Source: Rhodospirillales bacterium (GTDB lineage: Bacteria; Pseudomonadota; Alphaproteobacteria; MPNO01; UBA2964). Taken from it: a stretch of DNA of 64,000 bases. How positions within the stretch are numbered: position 1 is the stretch's first letter; each line of letters opens with the position of its first letter. Of the stretch, positions 28,030-38,504 are shown piece after piece. A model generated the notes under the pieces. The model had not been told where the DNA came from and did not search any database. It was given only the letters and a program-made list of their open reading frames with translations. Where the stretch lies: positions 20,958-84,957 of the forward strand of contig JAYOEY010000002.1 in assembly GCA_038116945.1 (NCBI GenBank). The letters are read 5' to 3'. The translations under genes and the position numbers were made by a program.

Positions 28030-28718
28030 GCCAGTCCGTACTGGTTGTCGCCGCGCACCCGGACGACGAGGTGCTCGGGGTCGGCGCTACGATCGCGCGT
28101 CATGCATCATCCGGCGATACGGTCCATGTTTTGATACTGGCGGACGGCGAGTCTTCCCGCGCGGCGCAGGGGTCCGATACGGCCGGCGCGGTTGAAGCGC
28201 GGAACGACGCGGCAAAAGCAGCGGCGCGTATTCTGGGGGCTCAGCCGCCCCGTTTTGCGGGTCTGCCCGACAACCGGCTTGACGGGCAGGACCTGCTTGA
28301 CGTCGTTCAGGTCATTGAGGACGCGATCTCCCGGACGACGGCATCGATTATCTATACCCATCATGGGGGCGACCTGAACATCGACCACGCGGTTGCGCAC
28401 CGGGCGACCCTGACGGCCTGCCGCCCCCTGCCCGGAAGCACGGTTCGTGAGATCTATGCCTTTGAAACCCCGTCCAGCACGGAATGGGAATCGATAGAAC
28501 AGACCGGCGGTTTCCGGCCCAACCACTGGGTAGAAATAACGTCGTCGCTGGACAGAAAAATGGCCGCGCTCGATGCCTACGCGTCGGAGATGCGTCCGTT
28601 TCCGCATGCCCGGTCGCGCGAGGCCATCGAGGCGCTGGCGCGGCTGAGAGGCTGCCAGGCCGGCGTGGCGGCGGCTGAAGCATTCGCCGTCCTTCGCTCG
28701 ATCCGGCTTTGCGCCTAG
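28026..28718 (+). CDS. PIG-L/LmbE-family N-acetyl-sugar deacetylase
   Basis: VLVVAAHPDDEVLGVG and HGGDLNIDH. Confidence 0.75.
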   Translation: MSQSVLVVAAHPDDEVLGVGATIARHASSGDTVHVLILADGESSRAAQGSDTAGAVEARNDAAKAAARILGAQPPRFAGLPDNRLDGQDLLDVVQVIEDAISRTTASIIYTHHGGDLNIDHAVAHRATLTACRPLPGSTVREIYAFETPSSTEWESIEQTGGFRPNHWVEITSSLDRKMAALDAYASEMRPFPHARSREAIEALARLRGCQAGVAAAEAFAVLRSIRLCA

Positions 28719-28814
28719 CTCGCCATGGTCGCGGTCGTCAGTCCGGATGCCGCATCCCGACCCGCTTCTGCGGAAGCCGGGAAACCCCTTTCATTCTGAA
28801 TTCATAGAAGCTTG

Positions 28815-30170
28815 ATGAAGATACTTATCCACGTCGACTCCCTTATTCGCGACTTCGCCCATCTGGGGGTGCTGGCCGAACTCCTGACGCGGATGGGGCA
28901 CAACGTCCAGCTCAGCTCGCGAATGACGACGATCCCCCTTATCAGGCTCTGGCGGCCGGATCACATTATCCACAGCCTGGGGGATCAGATCGGGGGTCTC
29001 TTCGATGCCGGGCTCATGGGCCGGAAGGGCGTCGAGGTTTCTTTTATTCCGCAGGAAGGCAGCGAGCGGCACGAACTCAACCGTCAGTTCATTTACAACC
29101 GGGTTCTCGAACCGGACTGTCTCGACAGGATCGCCCATATTTTCTGCTGGAACGACGCGCACCGGCAATGGCTCCTGTCGCGCGACGCCGGTCTCGGAGA
29201 CCGGCTTTCGGTCGTGGGCAACCCCCGTCTCGACATCGCAAAATTCTGGAGCGGCGGCGGCAAGCCCCGCCAACGCATCCGTATCGGGTTCGTCGGCCGC
29301 TTTCCGTTTATCAACAAGTACAATCGGCCCGATTTTCTCGAACTCCTGACCATGGGCGACCGTCCGCTTTGCTCGAAAGACGATTGCGACTGGGATGAGC
29401 TCGAAGCCAGCACAGAGGCGATCCTAAGCCAGGTCGCCACGTATTCGCGCTACTGCCAGCTCATTCATTACTTCATGGCCAATACGGACTACGAGGTGAG
29501 CCTGCGGCCGCATCACGAGGAAGCGGCGCGCGGGCCGGCGTTCAATGCGCTCAAGGCGGCCTACGGCGACCGGGTCGAGATCGATCACGGGTTCTCGATC
29601 TACGAATGGGCCAGCGGCCTCGACGCCATCCTGACAACCGCATCCCTGACCTTCGCCGAAGCCTACATTGCCGGGGTCCCGGTGATCTCCATCGACAAGC
29701 TGACGCGCGTCAGCGACTATCTCGGCTTCGAAGCCAGGGAAATCCTGAACTCCTATGATCGACGGTTCGTTCCCGATACTTACGACGAACTCATGCAGAC
29801 GCTTGAAGACTGCCTCGCAGATGGTTTCGTGCCGCCTAAAGTTCCCGGCATGGAAACCTATATGAAAGAGGATTTCAGCCATCCCTATACGGGGTCATCG
29901 CTCCTCAAGATCGCGCGTACCATCGATAAAAGGGTTCGCGCCGCAGGCAGCGTCGGCGGGCCCAGCCTCGTGCCGGCATGGCTGGTGCAGCAGTCGTACT
30001 GGGTGCAGCTGTTCCGTTATCATGGCAACCAGCCGAGTGTCGGGATAGACAAGCATTACCATCCGTCGCCGCATCGTACGCCCGATTACATCGGCCGCAT
30101 CGTCGCGAACATCCTGGCCGAGGAAGCGGCGGAAGCCGATCGGAAGACCGGCGCATCCGAGGCGGCGTAA
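28815..30170 (+). CDS. hypothetical protein, surface-carbohydrate-biosynthesis type (putative GT-B-like transferase)
   Basis: 451 aa with no diagnostic motif. Its position between the deacetylase and pseI is typical of uncharacterised Pse-cassette proteins. Confidence 0.35.
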   Translation: MKILIHVDSLIRDFAHLGVLAELLTRMGHNVQLSSRMTTIPLIRLWRPDHIIHSLGDQIGGLFDAGLMGRKGVEVSFIPQEGSERHELNRQFIYNRVLEPDCLDRIAHIFCWNDAHRQWLLSRDAGLGDRLSVVGNPRLDIAKFWSGGGKPRQRIRIGFVGRFPFINKYNRPDFLELLTMGDRPLCSKDDCDWDELEASTEAILSQVATYSRYCQLIHYFMANTDYEVSLRPHHEEAARGPAFNALKAAYGDRVEIDHGFSIYEWASGLDAILTTASLTFAEAYIAGVPVISIDKLTRVSDYLGFEAREILNSYDRRFVPDTYDELMQTLEDCLADGFVPPKVPGMETYMKEDFSHPYTGSSLLKIARTIDKRVRAAGSVGGPSLVPAWLVQQSYWVQLFRYHGNQPSVGIDKHYHPSPHRTPDYIGRIVANILAEEAAEADRKTGASEAA

Positions 30171-30174
30171 GGCA

Positions 30175-31251
30175 ATGGCGGCGGGCAAGAAATCCACGTC
30201 CGGTCCGGTCGTCGTCGGTGGCCGGGTCATCGGACCCGGCGAACCGCCATGGATGGTGGCGGAACTGTCCGCCAACCATAACGGAGACATCGATCGCGCC
30301 CTGGAGCTGATGCGAACAGCAAAAACGGCGGGCGCGGACGCGGTCAAGCTGCAGACCTATACCGCCGATACAATGACCATCGATTGCGACGCCGACGATT
30401 TCAGGATTTCCGGCGGACCGTGGGACGGCTACACGCTTTACGATCTCTATCGCGAAGCGCATACGCCCTGGGAATGGCACGACGCGCTGTACGAAGAAGG
30501 CCGCCGTCTCGGGCTGACGGTATTCTCCACGCCGTTCGATGCCAGCTCGGTCGAGCTGCTCGAGCGACTCGGCAACCCGGTATACAAAATCGCCTCGTTC
30601 GAGCTGGTCGACCTGCCGCTGATCGCATACGTCGCGAAAACCGGGAAACCCATGATCATGTCGACCGGCATGGCGTCGCTGGGAGAAATAGAGGATGCGG
30701 TGACGTGCGCACGCGACAACGGCTGCGATGCGCTGGTCTTGCTGCACTGCGTCAGCGCCTATCCGGCGCCGCCGGCCGACGCAAACCTGCGGACGCTGTC
30801 TCATCTCGCCGAGGCTTTCGGCGTTGCAACCGGGCTTTCCGATCATACGCTGGGCGGCTCGGTCGCCGTCGCCGCCGCGGCGCTCGGGGCGTGCGTAATC
30901 GAAAAGCACTTCACCATGCGCCGTGCGGATGGCGGTCCCGACTCCGGATTTTCGATGGAACCCGAAGAGTTCGCGGCCATGGCGGCGGATTGCCGGACGG
31001 CGGCCGCTGCGACCGGCCGAATCCATTACGAGCGGGAATCGTCCGAACAGGAGAACGTCATATTCAGAAGATCGATTTACGCGGTGCGCGACATCGCGGC
31101 GGGAGAACGGTTCACCGAACAGAATATCCGCATCATCCGCCCCGGACACGGGCTGGCGCCGAAATATTTTCCGGACGTTCTGAACCGGAGCGCCGCCAGG
31201 CCCGTGACGAGAGGCACGCCCGTATCGTGGTCGCTGGTCGCCGATGACTGA
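30175..31251 (+). CDS. pseI: pseudaminic acid synthase (NeuB family)
   Basis: MVAELSANHNGDIDRALELMRTAKTAGADAVKLQTY and SDHTLG. C-terminal SAF/antifreeze-like domain. Confidence 0.85.
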   Translation: MAAGKKSTSGPVVVGGRVIGPGEPPWMVAELSANHNGDIDRALELMRTAKTAGADAVKLQTYTADTMTIDCDADDFRISGGPWDGYTLYDLYREAHTPWEWHDALYEEGRRLGLTVFSTPFDASSVELLERLGNPVYKIASFELVDLPLIAYVAKTGKPMIMSTGMASLGEIEDAVTCARDNGCDALVLLHCVSAYPAPPADANLRTLSHLAEAFGVATGLSDHTLGGSVAVAAAALGACVIEKHFTMRRADGGPDSGFSMEPEEFAAMAADCRTAAAATGRIHYERESSEQENVIFRRSIYAVRDIAAGERFTEQNIRIIRPGHGLAPKYFPDVLNRSAARPVTRGTPVSWSLVADD

Positions 31252-32539
31252 CACGTCGCTTGCGCTGTTCGGCGGCCCGCCCGCCGTCACCCGGCCGCTT
31301 GAGCCGTACCGCTCGGTCGGTACCGAAGAGGCCGAGGCCCTCAGGGCGGTCATCGACGACAACTGCCTGTCGGGTTTTTACGGCTCGTGGGGCGCGGAGT
31401 TCCTGGGGGGGCCGCGCATCCGGGCATTCGAGGAGAGATGGGCGGAGCGGTTCGGCGGTCGCTTTGCGATTTCGTCGAACAGCGCGACCTCGAGCCTGTT
31501 TTCCGCGATGGCGGCGATAGGGATCAGCCCCGGCGACGAGGTGATCGTCCCGCCGACGACGATGTCGGCCAGCGTCATGGCGCCTCTGCTTTACGGCGGC
31601 ATCCCCGTCTTCGCCGATATCGAAGACGAAACGTTCTGCCTCGATCCGGAAGCGGTCGAAGCTGCGATTACGCCGCGCACGAAGGCGATAATCGTCGTCA
31701 ATCTTTTCGGTCATCCCGCTCAGCTCGCACGGCTGCGGGATATCGCCGACAGGCACGGTCTGTACCTCGTCGAGGACAACGCCCAGGGCCCGCTCGCTGA
31801 AGAATACGGCCGCCCTGCCGGCTCTGTCGGCCACATCGGAATCTTCAGCCTGAACTATCACAAGCACATTCATACCGGCGAGGGCGGCATGTGCCTGACC
31901 GACGACGAAACGCTCGCCGGACGGCTCAGAATGGTGCGCAATCACGGCGAGAACTGTATCGACGACAGCGGCGTCAACGACATAACCAACCTGGTCGGCT
32001 TCAACTTCCGCATGACGGAAATGAGCGCCGCCATCGGGCTGGTGCAGCTCGACCGGATCGATGCGCATGTCGAAAAGCGGATCGCGCTCGCCGAAGCGCT
32101 GTCCGGGGGTCTGCGGAATCTCGAAGGCATTACGCCGCCCGCCGTACGCTCCGATTGCCGACACGTGTATTACACCTGGACCTTCAAGCTCGACGAAGCC
32201 GCGCTCGGCGTCGACCGCGAGACGTTTCTTCAGGCCCTGCGGGCGGAAGGCTTTCCGGCCTATGGCGGTTATGTCGAGCCGCTTTATCGTCTTCCCCTGT
32301 TCCAGAGGCGTCAGGCGATCGGTCGCGACGGGTTTCCCTTTACCCTGACCGACAGGTCCTACGAAGGCGAGTTGTGCCCGGTTGCGGAAAGGCTTTACCG
32401 GCACGAGTTCGCGCTATTCGAGACCTGCGCCTTCGATGTGGACGATGAACTCGCCCGGCAGTTCGTGGCGTCGGTCCGCAAGGTTCATGAGAACCGCGAC
32501 GCCCTGGCGCGGGCCGCTGCCGTTCGAAACAGAAACTGA
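31244..32539 (+). CDS. DegT/DnrJ/EryC1-family aminotransferase, copy 2
   Basis: NSATSSLFSAMAAIGISPGDEVIVPPTT and SLNYHKHIHTGEGG (PLP lysine). Confidence 0.75.
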   Translation: MTDTSLALFGGPPAVTRPLEPYRSVGTEEAEALRAVIDDNCLSGFYGSWGAEFLGGPRIRAFEERWAERFGGRFAISSNSATSSLFSAMAAIGISPGDEVIVPPTTMSASVMAPLLYGGIPVFADIEDETFCLDPEAVEAAITPRTKAIIVVNLFGHPAQLARLRDIADRHGLYLVEDNAQGPLAEEYGRPAGSVGHIGIFSLNYHKHIHTGEGGMCLTDDETLAGRLRMVRNHGENCIDDSGVNDITNLVGFNFRMTEMSAAIGLVQLDRIDAHVEKRIALAEALSGGLRNLEGITPPAVRSDCRHVYYTWTFKLDEAALGVDRETFLQALRAEGFPAYGGYVEPLYRLPLFQRRQAIGRDGFPFTLTDRSYEGELCPVAERLYRHEFALFETCAFDVDDELARQFVASVRKVHENRDALARAAAVRNRN

Positions 32540-33279
32540 TGCCCGGAGTGGTGGCAAGCATCGAGGCGCGCATGGGCTCCTCGAGATTTCCCGGCAAGGT
32601 GCTCACCGATATTGCCGGCCAGCCGAGCCTGACGCGTTTGCTGACCCGGCTGCGGTCGGCGAAGCGGCTCGACGGCATCGTTCTCGCCACTTCCGCCCAT
32701 GCCGCCGACGATCCGGTCGAAGAATGGGCGCGTGCGCAGAATCTTCCCTGCTTTCGCGGCAGCGAAGACGATGTGCTCAACCGGGTGGTCGAAGCCCACC
32801 GAATGATGGACAGCGATATCATTGTCGAGATAACGGGCGATTGTCCGCTCGCCGATCCCGAGCTGATCGATCAGGGAATCGACACATTCCTGGTCAATGA
32901 TTGCGACGTTGTCAGCAACTGCTACCACCTCAGCTACCCGATGGGCGCCGATGTCCAGGTTTTTCGGCGCGCCGATCTGGAATGGGTGGAAAGCAATATC
33001 GGCGACCCGGCGGTGCGCGAGCATGTCTCGCTATATTTTTACGAAAACCCCGAACGCTACCGCATCATCCACATGCGGGCGCCGGCACGCTGCCATGGCC
33101 CCGACCTCCGGTTCCAGTTCGATTATCCCGAGGACCGCGAATTCATAGAAGCCGTATATCGGCGTCTCGAACCGCAGTTCGGGCCCGTCTTTGGCGTCGC
33201 CGAAGTGATGGAATTGCTTCGGCGCGAGCCCGAGCTGGCTGAAATCAACCGGCACTGCGAAGAGCGCCCGGTACGCTGA
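32539..33279 (+). CDS. CTP_transf_3-family cytidylyltransferase (SpsF/COG1861-like), copy 2
   Basis: ASIEARMGSSRFPGKVL and EITGDCPL. Confidence 0.65.
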   Translation: MPGVVASIEARMGSSRFPGKVLTDIAGQPSLTRLLTRLRSAKRLDGIVLATSAHAADDPVEEWARAQNLPCFRGSEDDVLNRVVEAHRMMDSDIIVEITGDCPLADPELIDQGIDTFLVNDCDVVSNCYHLSYPMGADVQVFRRADLEWVESNIGDPAVREHVSLYFYENPERYRIIHMRAPARCHGPDLRFQFDYPEDREFIEAVYRRLEPQFGPVFGVAEVMELLRREPELAEINRHCEERPVR

Positions 33280-34307
33280 TGGGCGCGGGGTTCCCGACGG
33301 TCGTAATCGGGTTCGGCCGGATCGGCGCCGGATATGCGGACGATCCGGTGATGGCTCGCCACTATCCGTATGCGACCCATGCCCAGGTATTGCGCGATCA
33401 CGAGGCTTTCGACTGGATCGGCGTCGTCGACCCTTCCGAAAGCGCCCGGGAGACAGCGCGAAGCCGATGGTCGGCGCCCGAAGTTGCCGCCGATGTCGGA
33501 GATCTCCGGGCGGCGGAGCGAGCCGAAATCGCCGTGCTCGCCACGCCGCCGGCTGACAGGCTGTCCCTGCTGGACGGCCTGCCGAACCTTCGGGCAGTGC
33601 TTGTCGAAAAACCGCTGGCTGCGTCTTTCGGCGAGGCGTGTGCGTTCATCGAGGCCTGCGAAGCGCGCAACATCGCAATCCAGGTCAATCTGTGGCGTCG
33701 CGCGGACCGGCTGTTCCGGGAGCTGTCCCTCGGAGGACTCGGGCGCCGCCTCGGCGAGGTGCAGACGGCGTTCGGCGTTTACAGCAACGGGCTCCGCAAT
33801 AACGGCCTCCACATGATCGACATGGTCCGGATGATGCTGGGCGAAATCGACTGGGTGGAATCTCTCGGGCCGCCCGCCGCCCGCACGGCACTGCCGCTGG
33901 CAGGCGACGTCGATATTCCCTTCGCGCTGGCGCTGGCGTCCGGGCAGAGGATCTGCTTCGCGCCGGTCGATGTCGCGAGCTATCGCGAGAACGGCCTCGA
34001 CATCTGGGGCAGCAACGGGATGCTGTCGATCCGTCAGGAGGGGCTCTGCGTCAAAGCGTTCGCCCGAAAGCCCAACCGGGCGATGGCAGGCAGCTTCGAA
34101 ATCGAGAGCGATGGCGGGGAAGAACTCCGAAGCACCGTCGGATACGCCCTGTGGGAGGTCTACGACAATCTCTCAGGTTTTCTGGCAGACCGCGCCGAGC
34201 TTTGCGCGCCGGCGAAAGAGGCGCTCGCCAGCGAAGCGGCGGTGGAGGCACTGATTCAATCCCTGGACAGCGGCGGCACCCGCGTTGCACCGGAAAAACA
34301 TGACTAA
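33279..34307 (+). CDS. Gfo/Idh/MocA-family oxidoreductase
   Basis: VVIGFGRIGAGY and LVEKPLA. Confidence 0.7.
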   Translation: MGAGFPTVVIGFGRIGAGYADDPVMARHYPYATHAQVLRDHEAFDWIGVVDPSESARETARSRWSAPEVAADVGDLRAAERAEIAVLATPPADRLSLLDGLPNLRAVLVEKPLAASFGEACAFIEACEARNIAIQVNLWRRADRLFRELSLGGLGRRLGEVQTAFGVYSNGLRNNGLHMIDMVRMMLGEIDWVESLGPPAARTALPLAGDVDIPFALALASGQRICFAPVDVASYRENGLDIWGSNGMLSIRQEGLCVKAFARKPNRAMAGSFEIESDGGEELRSTVGYALWEVYDNLSGFLADRAELCAPAKEALASEAAVEALIQSLDSGGTRVAPEKHD

Positions 34308-34309
34308 AC

Positions 34310-35533
34310 ATGTCTCGACAACGCGTCGCCGAACGAGCGGGTTTCGGCAAATCCCGCCAGGCCGTACGGCGGCGCGCTGAAATTGCCGTGACCGCCCGAG
34401 TTCTCATATTTGTCGAGGACCCCGGCGCCGCTAATTTTGCCGCGCCGCTGGCAGCGGCGCTCGGCGAATCCGGGATCGACGTCATTCGTCTCGCAGCCGG
34501 GCATGCCTCGGCGTTTCTTTCGAACGACGACGCTTCGTGGGCCACCCCCGATGACGATGCCGACGCGATCCTGTCAGCCCGACGTCCCGACGCGGTGCTG
34601 GTCGGCACTTCCGAAAATCATTGCAGTCTGGCCCACCGCCTTGTCGAGGCGGCCGGGAAGCGGCGCCTGCGGACCGCCGCGCTGATCGACGGCCTGGCCA
34701 ATGCGACGCACCGGTTTTCCGGCGGCGACGCCGCGTCGCCGCTGCGTCATTGCCCCGACTGGCTGCTGGTTCCCGACGCAGCGGTACGCAATGCCTATCT
34801 CGAGCTCGGCCTGTCCGACGAACGCGCGATCGTCGTCGGGCATCCGTATTTTGACGTCGTGCGGCGCAGGGCCTGCGATCTCGACCCGGAAAAACGTGCG
34901 ACAGCGCGGCGCGCCCTTCTGCCGGCGATTGCCCCGGATCGGCCTGTCGTCACGTTTCTCGCGGAAGTGAATGACGGGCTCGATCCCGCGGGCTACCGGC
35001 GAACGGCGGCGTACACGCTTCGCGGCCGCGGTTCCCGCGACGACCGGACCGGGATCGTTCTGGAAGAAGTCCTCGACGCGTGCGCCGGTCTGCATCCCCG
35101 GCCCGCACTCGTGCTCCGACCGCATCCGAAAAACGCGCCCGGGGATTTCGGCGGGCTGAAAAACGAAGTCGATGCCGTCATCGAGGCGGTGCCGATCTTC
35201 GACCTTCTCGCCGTCTCGGCGGTCGCGGTCGGCATGACGTCGATGCCGTTGACGGAGGCAGTGCTGATGGGCGTTCCGGCGCTCAGCGTATTGCCCCGTG
35301 CGATCGAGGCGCAATGGCTGTCGTGCACCGCGCTGGGGCTCGTTCCGGTCGCCGCCACCCGAGACGAGGTCGCGCCGTCGATCGCGTCGGCACTCGGCGG
35401 CGCAAACCAGCCGGCACGGGAAGCCGTCGATTCGGCATTTCCCCACGGCGCCATCGAAAATGCGGCGGCGGCGGTGCGGAGAATGCTGGGCGACGGTTCG
35501 GAGCGCCCGGTTATTCCGCGAGAAGCGCCCTGA
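34310..35533 (+). CDS. hypothetical protein (Rossmann/GT-B-like, function unknown)
   Basis: 407 aa with no diagnostic motif. It is the last gene of the plus-strand operon and converges on pseB with a 23 bp overlap. Confidence 0.35.
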   Translation: MSRQRVAERAGFGKSRQAVRRRAEIAVTARVLIFVEDPGAANFAAPLAAALGESGIDVIRLAAGHASAFLSNDDASWATPDDDADAILSARRPDAVLVGTSENHCSLAHRLVEAAGKRRLRTAALIDGLANATHRFSGGDAASPLRHCPDWLLVPDAAVRNAYLELGLSDERAIVVGHPYFDVVRRRACDLDPEKRATARRALLPAIAPDRPVVTFLAEVNDGLDPAGYRRTAAYTLRGRGSRDDRTGIVLEEVLDACAGLHPRPALVLRPHPKNAPGDFGGLKNEVDAVIEAVPIFDLLAVSAVAVGMTSMPLTEAVLMGVPALSVLPRAIEAQWLSCTALGLVPVAATRDEVAPSIASALGGANQPAREAVDSAFPHGAIENAAAAVRRMLGDGSERPVIPREAP

Positions 35534-36497
35534 GCCGTTCGGCGTCAAGCCAGTCCTCGTTTCGGTCGCTGGCGTATATGAAGCCTTCCGGTACCGGACG
35601 CACGCCCTTGTAGCTGACCGTCTGGTCGTGCCAGAAGGCGAAGGCCGGCCGGATAACGTACAGATCTCCCAGATCCACGCAGTTGCGACCATCGTCTTCG
35701 GTGATCATGACCTCGTGCAGCTTTTCGCCGGGCCTGATGCCGACCACCTTGATTCCCAGATCGGGCGCCATGGTCCTGGCCAGGTCGACGACCTTCATGC
35801 TCGGCAGTTTGGGAATGAAAATTTCTCCGCCGACCGTCCTCTCCAGCGCCCCGAGGACGAAATCCACGCCCTGCTGGAGCGTAATCCAGAACCGCGTCAT
35901 GCGTTCGTCGGTAATCGGCAGCTCTTCCACGCCTTCGTTTATCAGCCGCCGGAATAACGGAACGACGCTTCCCCGGCTGCCGATCACGTTGCCGTAGCGG
36001 ACGACCGCGAACCGGGCGCCCATCCCCCCCGCCAGATTGTTGGCCGCGACGAAAATCTTGTCCGCGGCCAGCTTCGACGCCCCATACAGATTGATCGGGT
36101 TCGCCGCCTTGTCCGTCGACAGGGCGATGACCCTTTCGACGCCGGCCCGCAACGCTGCGGTGACGACGTTTTCGGCCCCGAATACGTTGGTATTGATGCA
36201 TTCGAACGGGTTGTACTCAGCGGCCGGCACCTGCTTCAGGGCGGCCGCATGCACCACGTAATCGACGTCGCGCATCGCCATTTCCAGCCGCTGTGCATCC
36301 CGCACGTCGCCGATAAAGAAACGCAGTTCCTGCCGGTCCTTGAAGGCCGGGTCTTCCTGCATCTGATACTGTTTTAGTTCGTCGCGCGAAAATACGATGA
36401 CCTTCGCGGGTTCGTACCGCTCAAGAACCGTTTTTATGAACGCGCGACCGAAGGAACCGGTCGCGCCCGTCACCAGAATTGATTTGTTATTCAGCAT
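35511..36497 (-). CDS. pseB: UDP-N-acetylglucosamine 4,6-dehydratase (inverting), PseB/FlaA1
   Basis: MLNNKSILVTGATGSFG, DELKQ, HAAALKQVP, YNPFECI, LSTDKAANPINLYGASKL, VVRYGNVIGSRGSVVP, TDERMTRFWIT. Closely parallels H. pylori FlaA1 motif for motif. Confidence 0.9.
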   Translation of the reverse strand: MLNNKSILVTGATGSFGRAFIKTVLERYEPAKVIVFSRDELKQYQMQEDPAFKDRQELRFFIGDVRDAQRLEMAMRDVDYVVHAAALKQVPAAEYNPFECINTNVFGAENVVTAALRAGVERVIALSTDKAANPINLYGASKLAADKIFVAANNLAGGMGARFAVVRYGNVIGSRGSVVPLFRRLINEGVEELPITDERMTRFWITLQQGVDFVLGALERTVGGEIFIPKLPSMKVVDLARTMAPDLGIKVVGIRPGEKLHEVMITEDDGRNCVDLGDLYVIRPAFAFWHDQTVSYKGVRPVPEGFIYASDRNEDWLDAERLRALLAE

Positions 36498-36637
36498 GTT
36501 TGATTTCGGCGGTTTCTGCGGAGCAATTTCTGTTAAATGAAGCGGCCAGCGAAGTCCACCGTTCTGACCGCCCGTCCAGCCGCGCCGCGGAAGCCCGACC
36601 GGGAAAACGGCCCTGCCCTGGTCCAGCCGGCCAGGCG

Positions 36638-38455
36638 CTAGCGGCCCGCATCTTCCATCCTGTTCAGTTCCATCATGCGGCGGAACCCGGCGTCCGCTCT
36701 CGAAAGTTCGTCGAGCGTTCCCGATGCGGCGAGACGCCCATGATCGAGCAGATGGACCGTGCTGCAGCCGCTTACCGTGGACAGGCGATGAGCAATGACG
36801 ATCAGGGTAACCTTGCCCGTCAGCGCGGAAATCGATTCGGTGATGGCGGCTTCCGTTTCCGCGTCCAGCGCGCTGGTAGCCTCGTCAAGCACCAGCAGCG
36901 ACGGTTCCCGGTACAGCGCCCGGGCGATTCCGATGCGTTGTCGCTGGCCGCCCGACAGACGCACGCCGCGGTCGCCAACCATGGTCGCATAGGCGTCCGG
37001 AAGCTCGGTTTCCACGAAGTCGGCGATATGCGCCAGCCGCGCCGCCTCTTTTACCCTGGCCATGTCGATCCGGTCGTCGGGGCATCCGAACGCGATATTG
37101 CGCGCCACCGTGTCGTCGGCGAGGAAAATATGCTGCGGCACATAACCGGTCCGGGCGCGCCAGGCGACCCGGCTGTTCCCGTCGAGCGGCCTGCCGTCCA
37201 CCAGCACCCTGCCTGTTCCCGGTTCGATCAGACCCAGCAGCATGTCGACGAGGGTCGATTTGCCGGCGCCTGTCGCACCAACGAAGCCGACCGCCGAATT
37301 GCACTCGATAAACAGGCTTACGGCATCGATCGCCGGTGCCGATCGCTCCGGAAACGTATAGCTGACATTTTCGAATGCAATGCCGTCGCGGAACGTCGGC
37401 GCTTCCGCCTGGCTTTGCCGTTCCTGGGCGAAAGACGGCGGGTCGGGCCGCAACTCGTCGCCGACGATTGCCAGCGCTGCTTCGTTGAACCGGATTTCGG
37501 CCAGCGACGACGCGACGCTCCGCACCGACGGCATCAGGCGATAGGCGGCGAACGCGTAAAGGCTCACCTCGGCGACGACCGCGGCGGGATCCACCGCGTG
37601 TCGCAGAGATACCAGCATCAGCGTCATCAGGACGGCGAAAGCGGCCCCTTCCAGAACATAGTGCGGGACCTGGGACAGAAGCTTGTGAATGAGTTCGTAC
37701 CGGACGAAACGCTTCGATACCTGCGCGAACCGGGCCCCGTATTCCGCTTCGCTGCCGAATACCTTGATCTCCTTGAATCCGGTAAGCGCCTCGGTTGCGA
37801 TCTTGAAGCGGCCTTCGTCGGTTTCCGCCCGGAGAGATCCGAAACGCCGTTCGGGCCCCAGGGTCGCCAGGTACAGCGCGCCATAGATGGCGCCGATGAC
37901 GGCGATCACGACGATCGATGTCTTGGGATTGTAAACGATCAGGGCGGTTCCGATCGCGCCGGCGATGATCCCGTGCGATACGAGTTGCACGCATGGCAGC
38001 AGGACGCCGTTCACGAACCGCGGCACCTCGGAAATCAGGTTCTTGTTCAGGGCCGCAGAATTCAGCGCGAGGAAATCCTCGTAGGACCTGTTCAGATACC
38101 GCGCCAGAAGCCGTTCCGCGAAAAGATGGATGCGGGACAGTCCAAACGCGTCCTGCGTCAGCACCAGCGTGAGCGACACCAGAATTCGAAACAGAAACAC
38201 GCCGAGCACGAGCAGGCCGGTTACGGTCAGAAATTCCTTGTCTCCCGGCACGGCGAGCGTTTCCTTCAGCCATGCCAGCGCCCTGTACTGTTCCGCCGCC
38301 TGCGGGTCGACGACGAGGTTGAAAAACCAGAAGATTCCCCCGACGCCGACGACCTCGACCGCGGCGGTCAGCAGGCTGAGGACCAGGATCCCGCCGAGGA
38401 ACAGCCGGTCTCCCGGCGTGAGCACCCGTGCGACGGATCGGAATATCCGAATCAT
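36638..38455 (-). CDS. fused TMD-NBD ABC exporter (MsbA/PglK-like)
   Basis: Six predicted transmembrane helices followed by Walker A GATGAGKST, signature LSGGQRQR and Walker B LLVLDEATSALD. Met59 at 38455 is preferred over the track start at 38629. Confidence 0.8.
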   Translation of the reverse strand: MIRIFRSVARVLTPGDRLFLGGILVLSLLTAAVEVVGVGGIFWFFNLVVDPQAAEQYRALAWLKETLAVPGDKEFLTVTGLLVLGVFLFRILVSLTLVLTQDAFGLSRIHLFAERLLARYLNRSYEDFLALNSAALNKNLISEVPRFVNGVLLPCVQLVSHGIIAGAIGTALIVYNPKTSIVVIAVIGAIYGALYLATLGPERRFGSLRAETDEGRFKIATEALTGFKEIKVFGSEAEYGARFAQVSKRFVRYELIHKLLSQVPHYVLEGAAFAVLMTLMLVSLRHAVDPAAVVAEVSLYAFAAYRLMPSVRSVASSLAEIRFNEAALAIVGDELRPDPPSFAQERQSQAEAPTFRDGIAFENVSYTFPERSAPAIDAVSLFIECNSAVGFVGATGAGKSTLVDMLLGLIEPGTGRVLVDGRPLDGNSRVAWRARTGYVPQHIFLADDTVARNIAFGCPDDRIDMARVKEAARLAHIADFVETELPDAYATMVGDRGVRLSGGQRQRIGIARALYREPSLLVLDEATSALDAETEAAITESISALTGKVTLIVIAHRLSTVSGCSTVHLLDHGRLAASGTLDELSRADAGFRRMMELNRMEDAGR

Positions 38456-38504
38456 GCCAGTTCCGGCACGGGATTGCCCAGGCCCATCCGCGCGATATCG
38501 CCGG

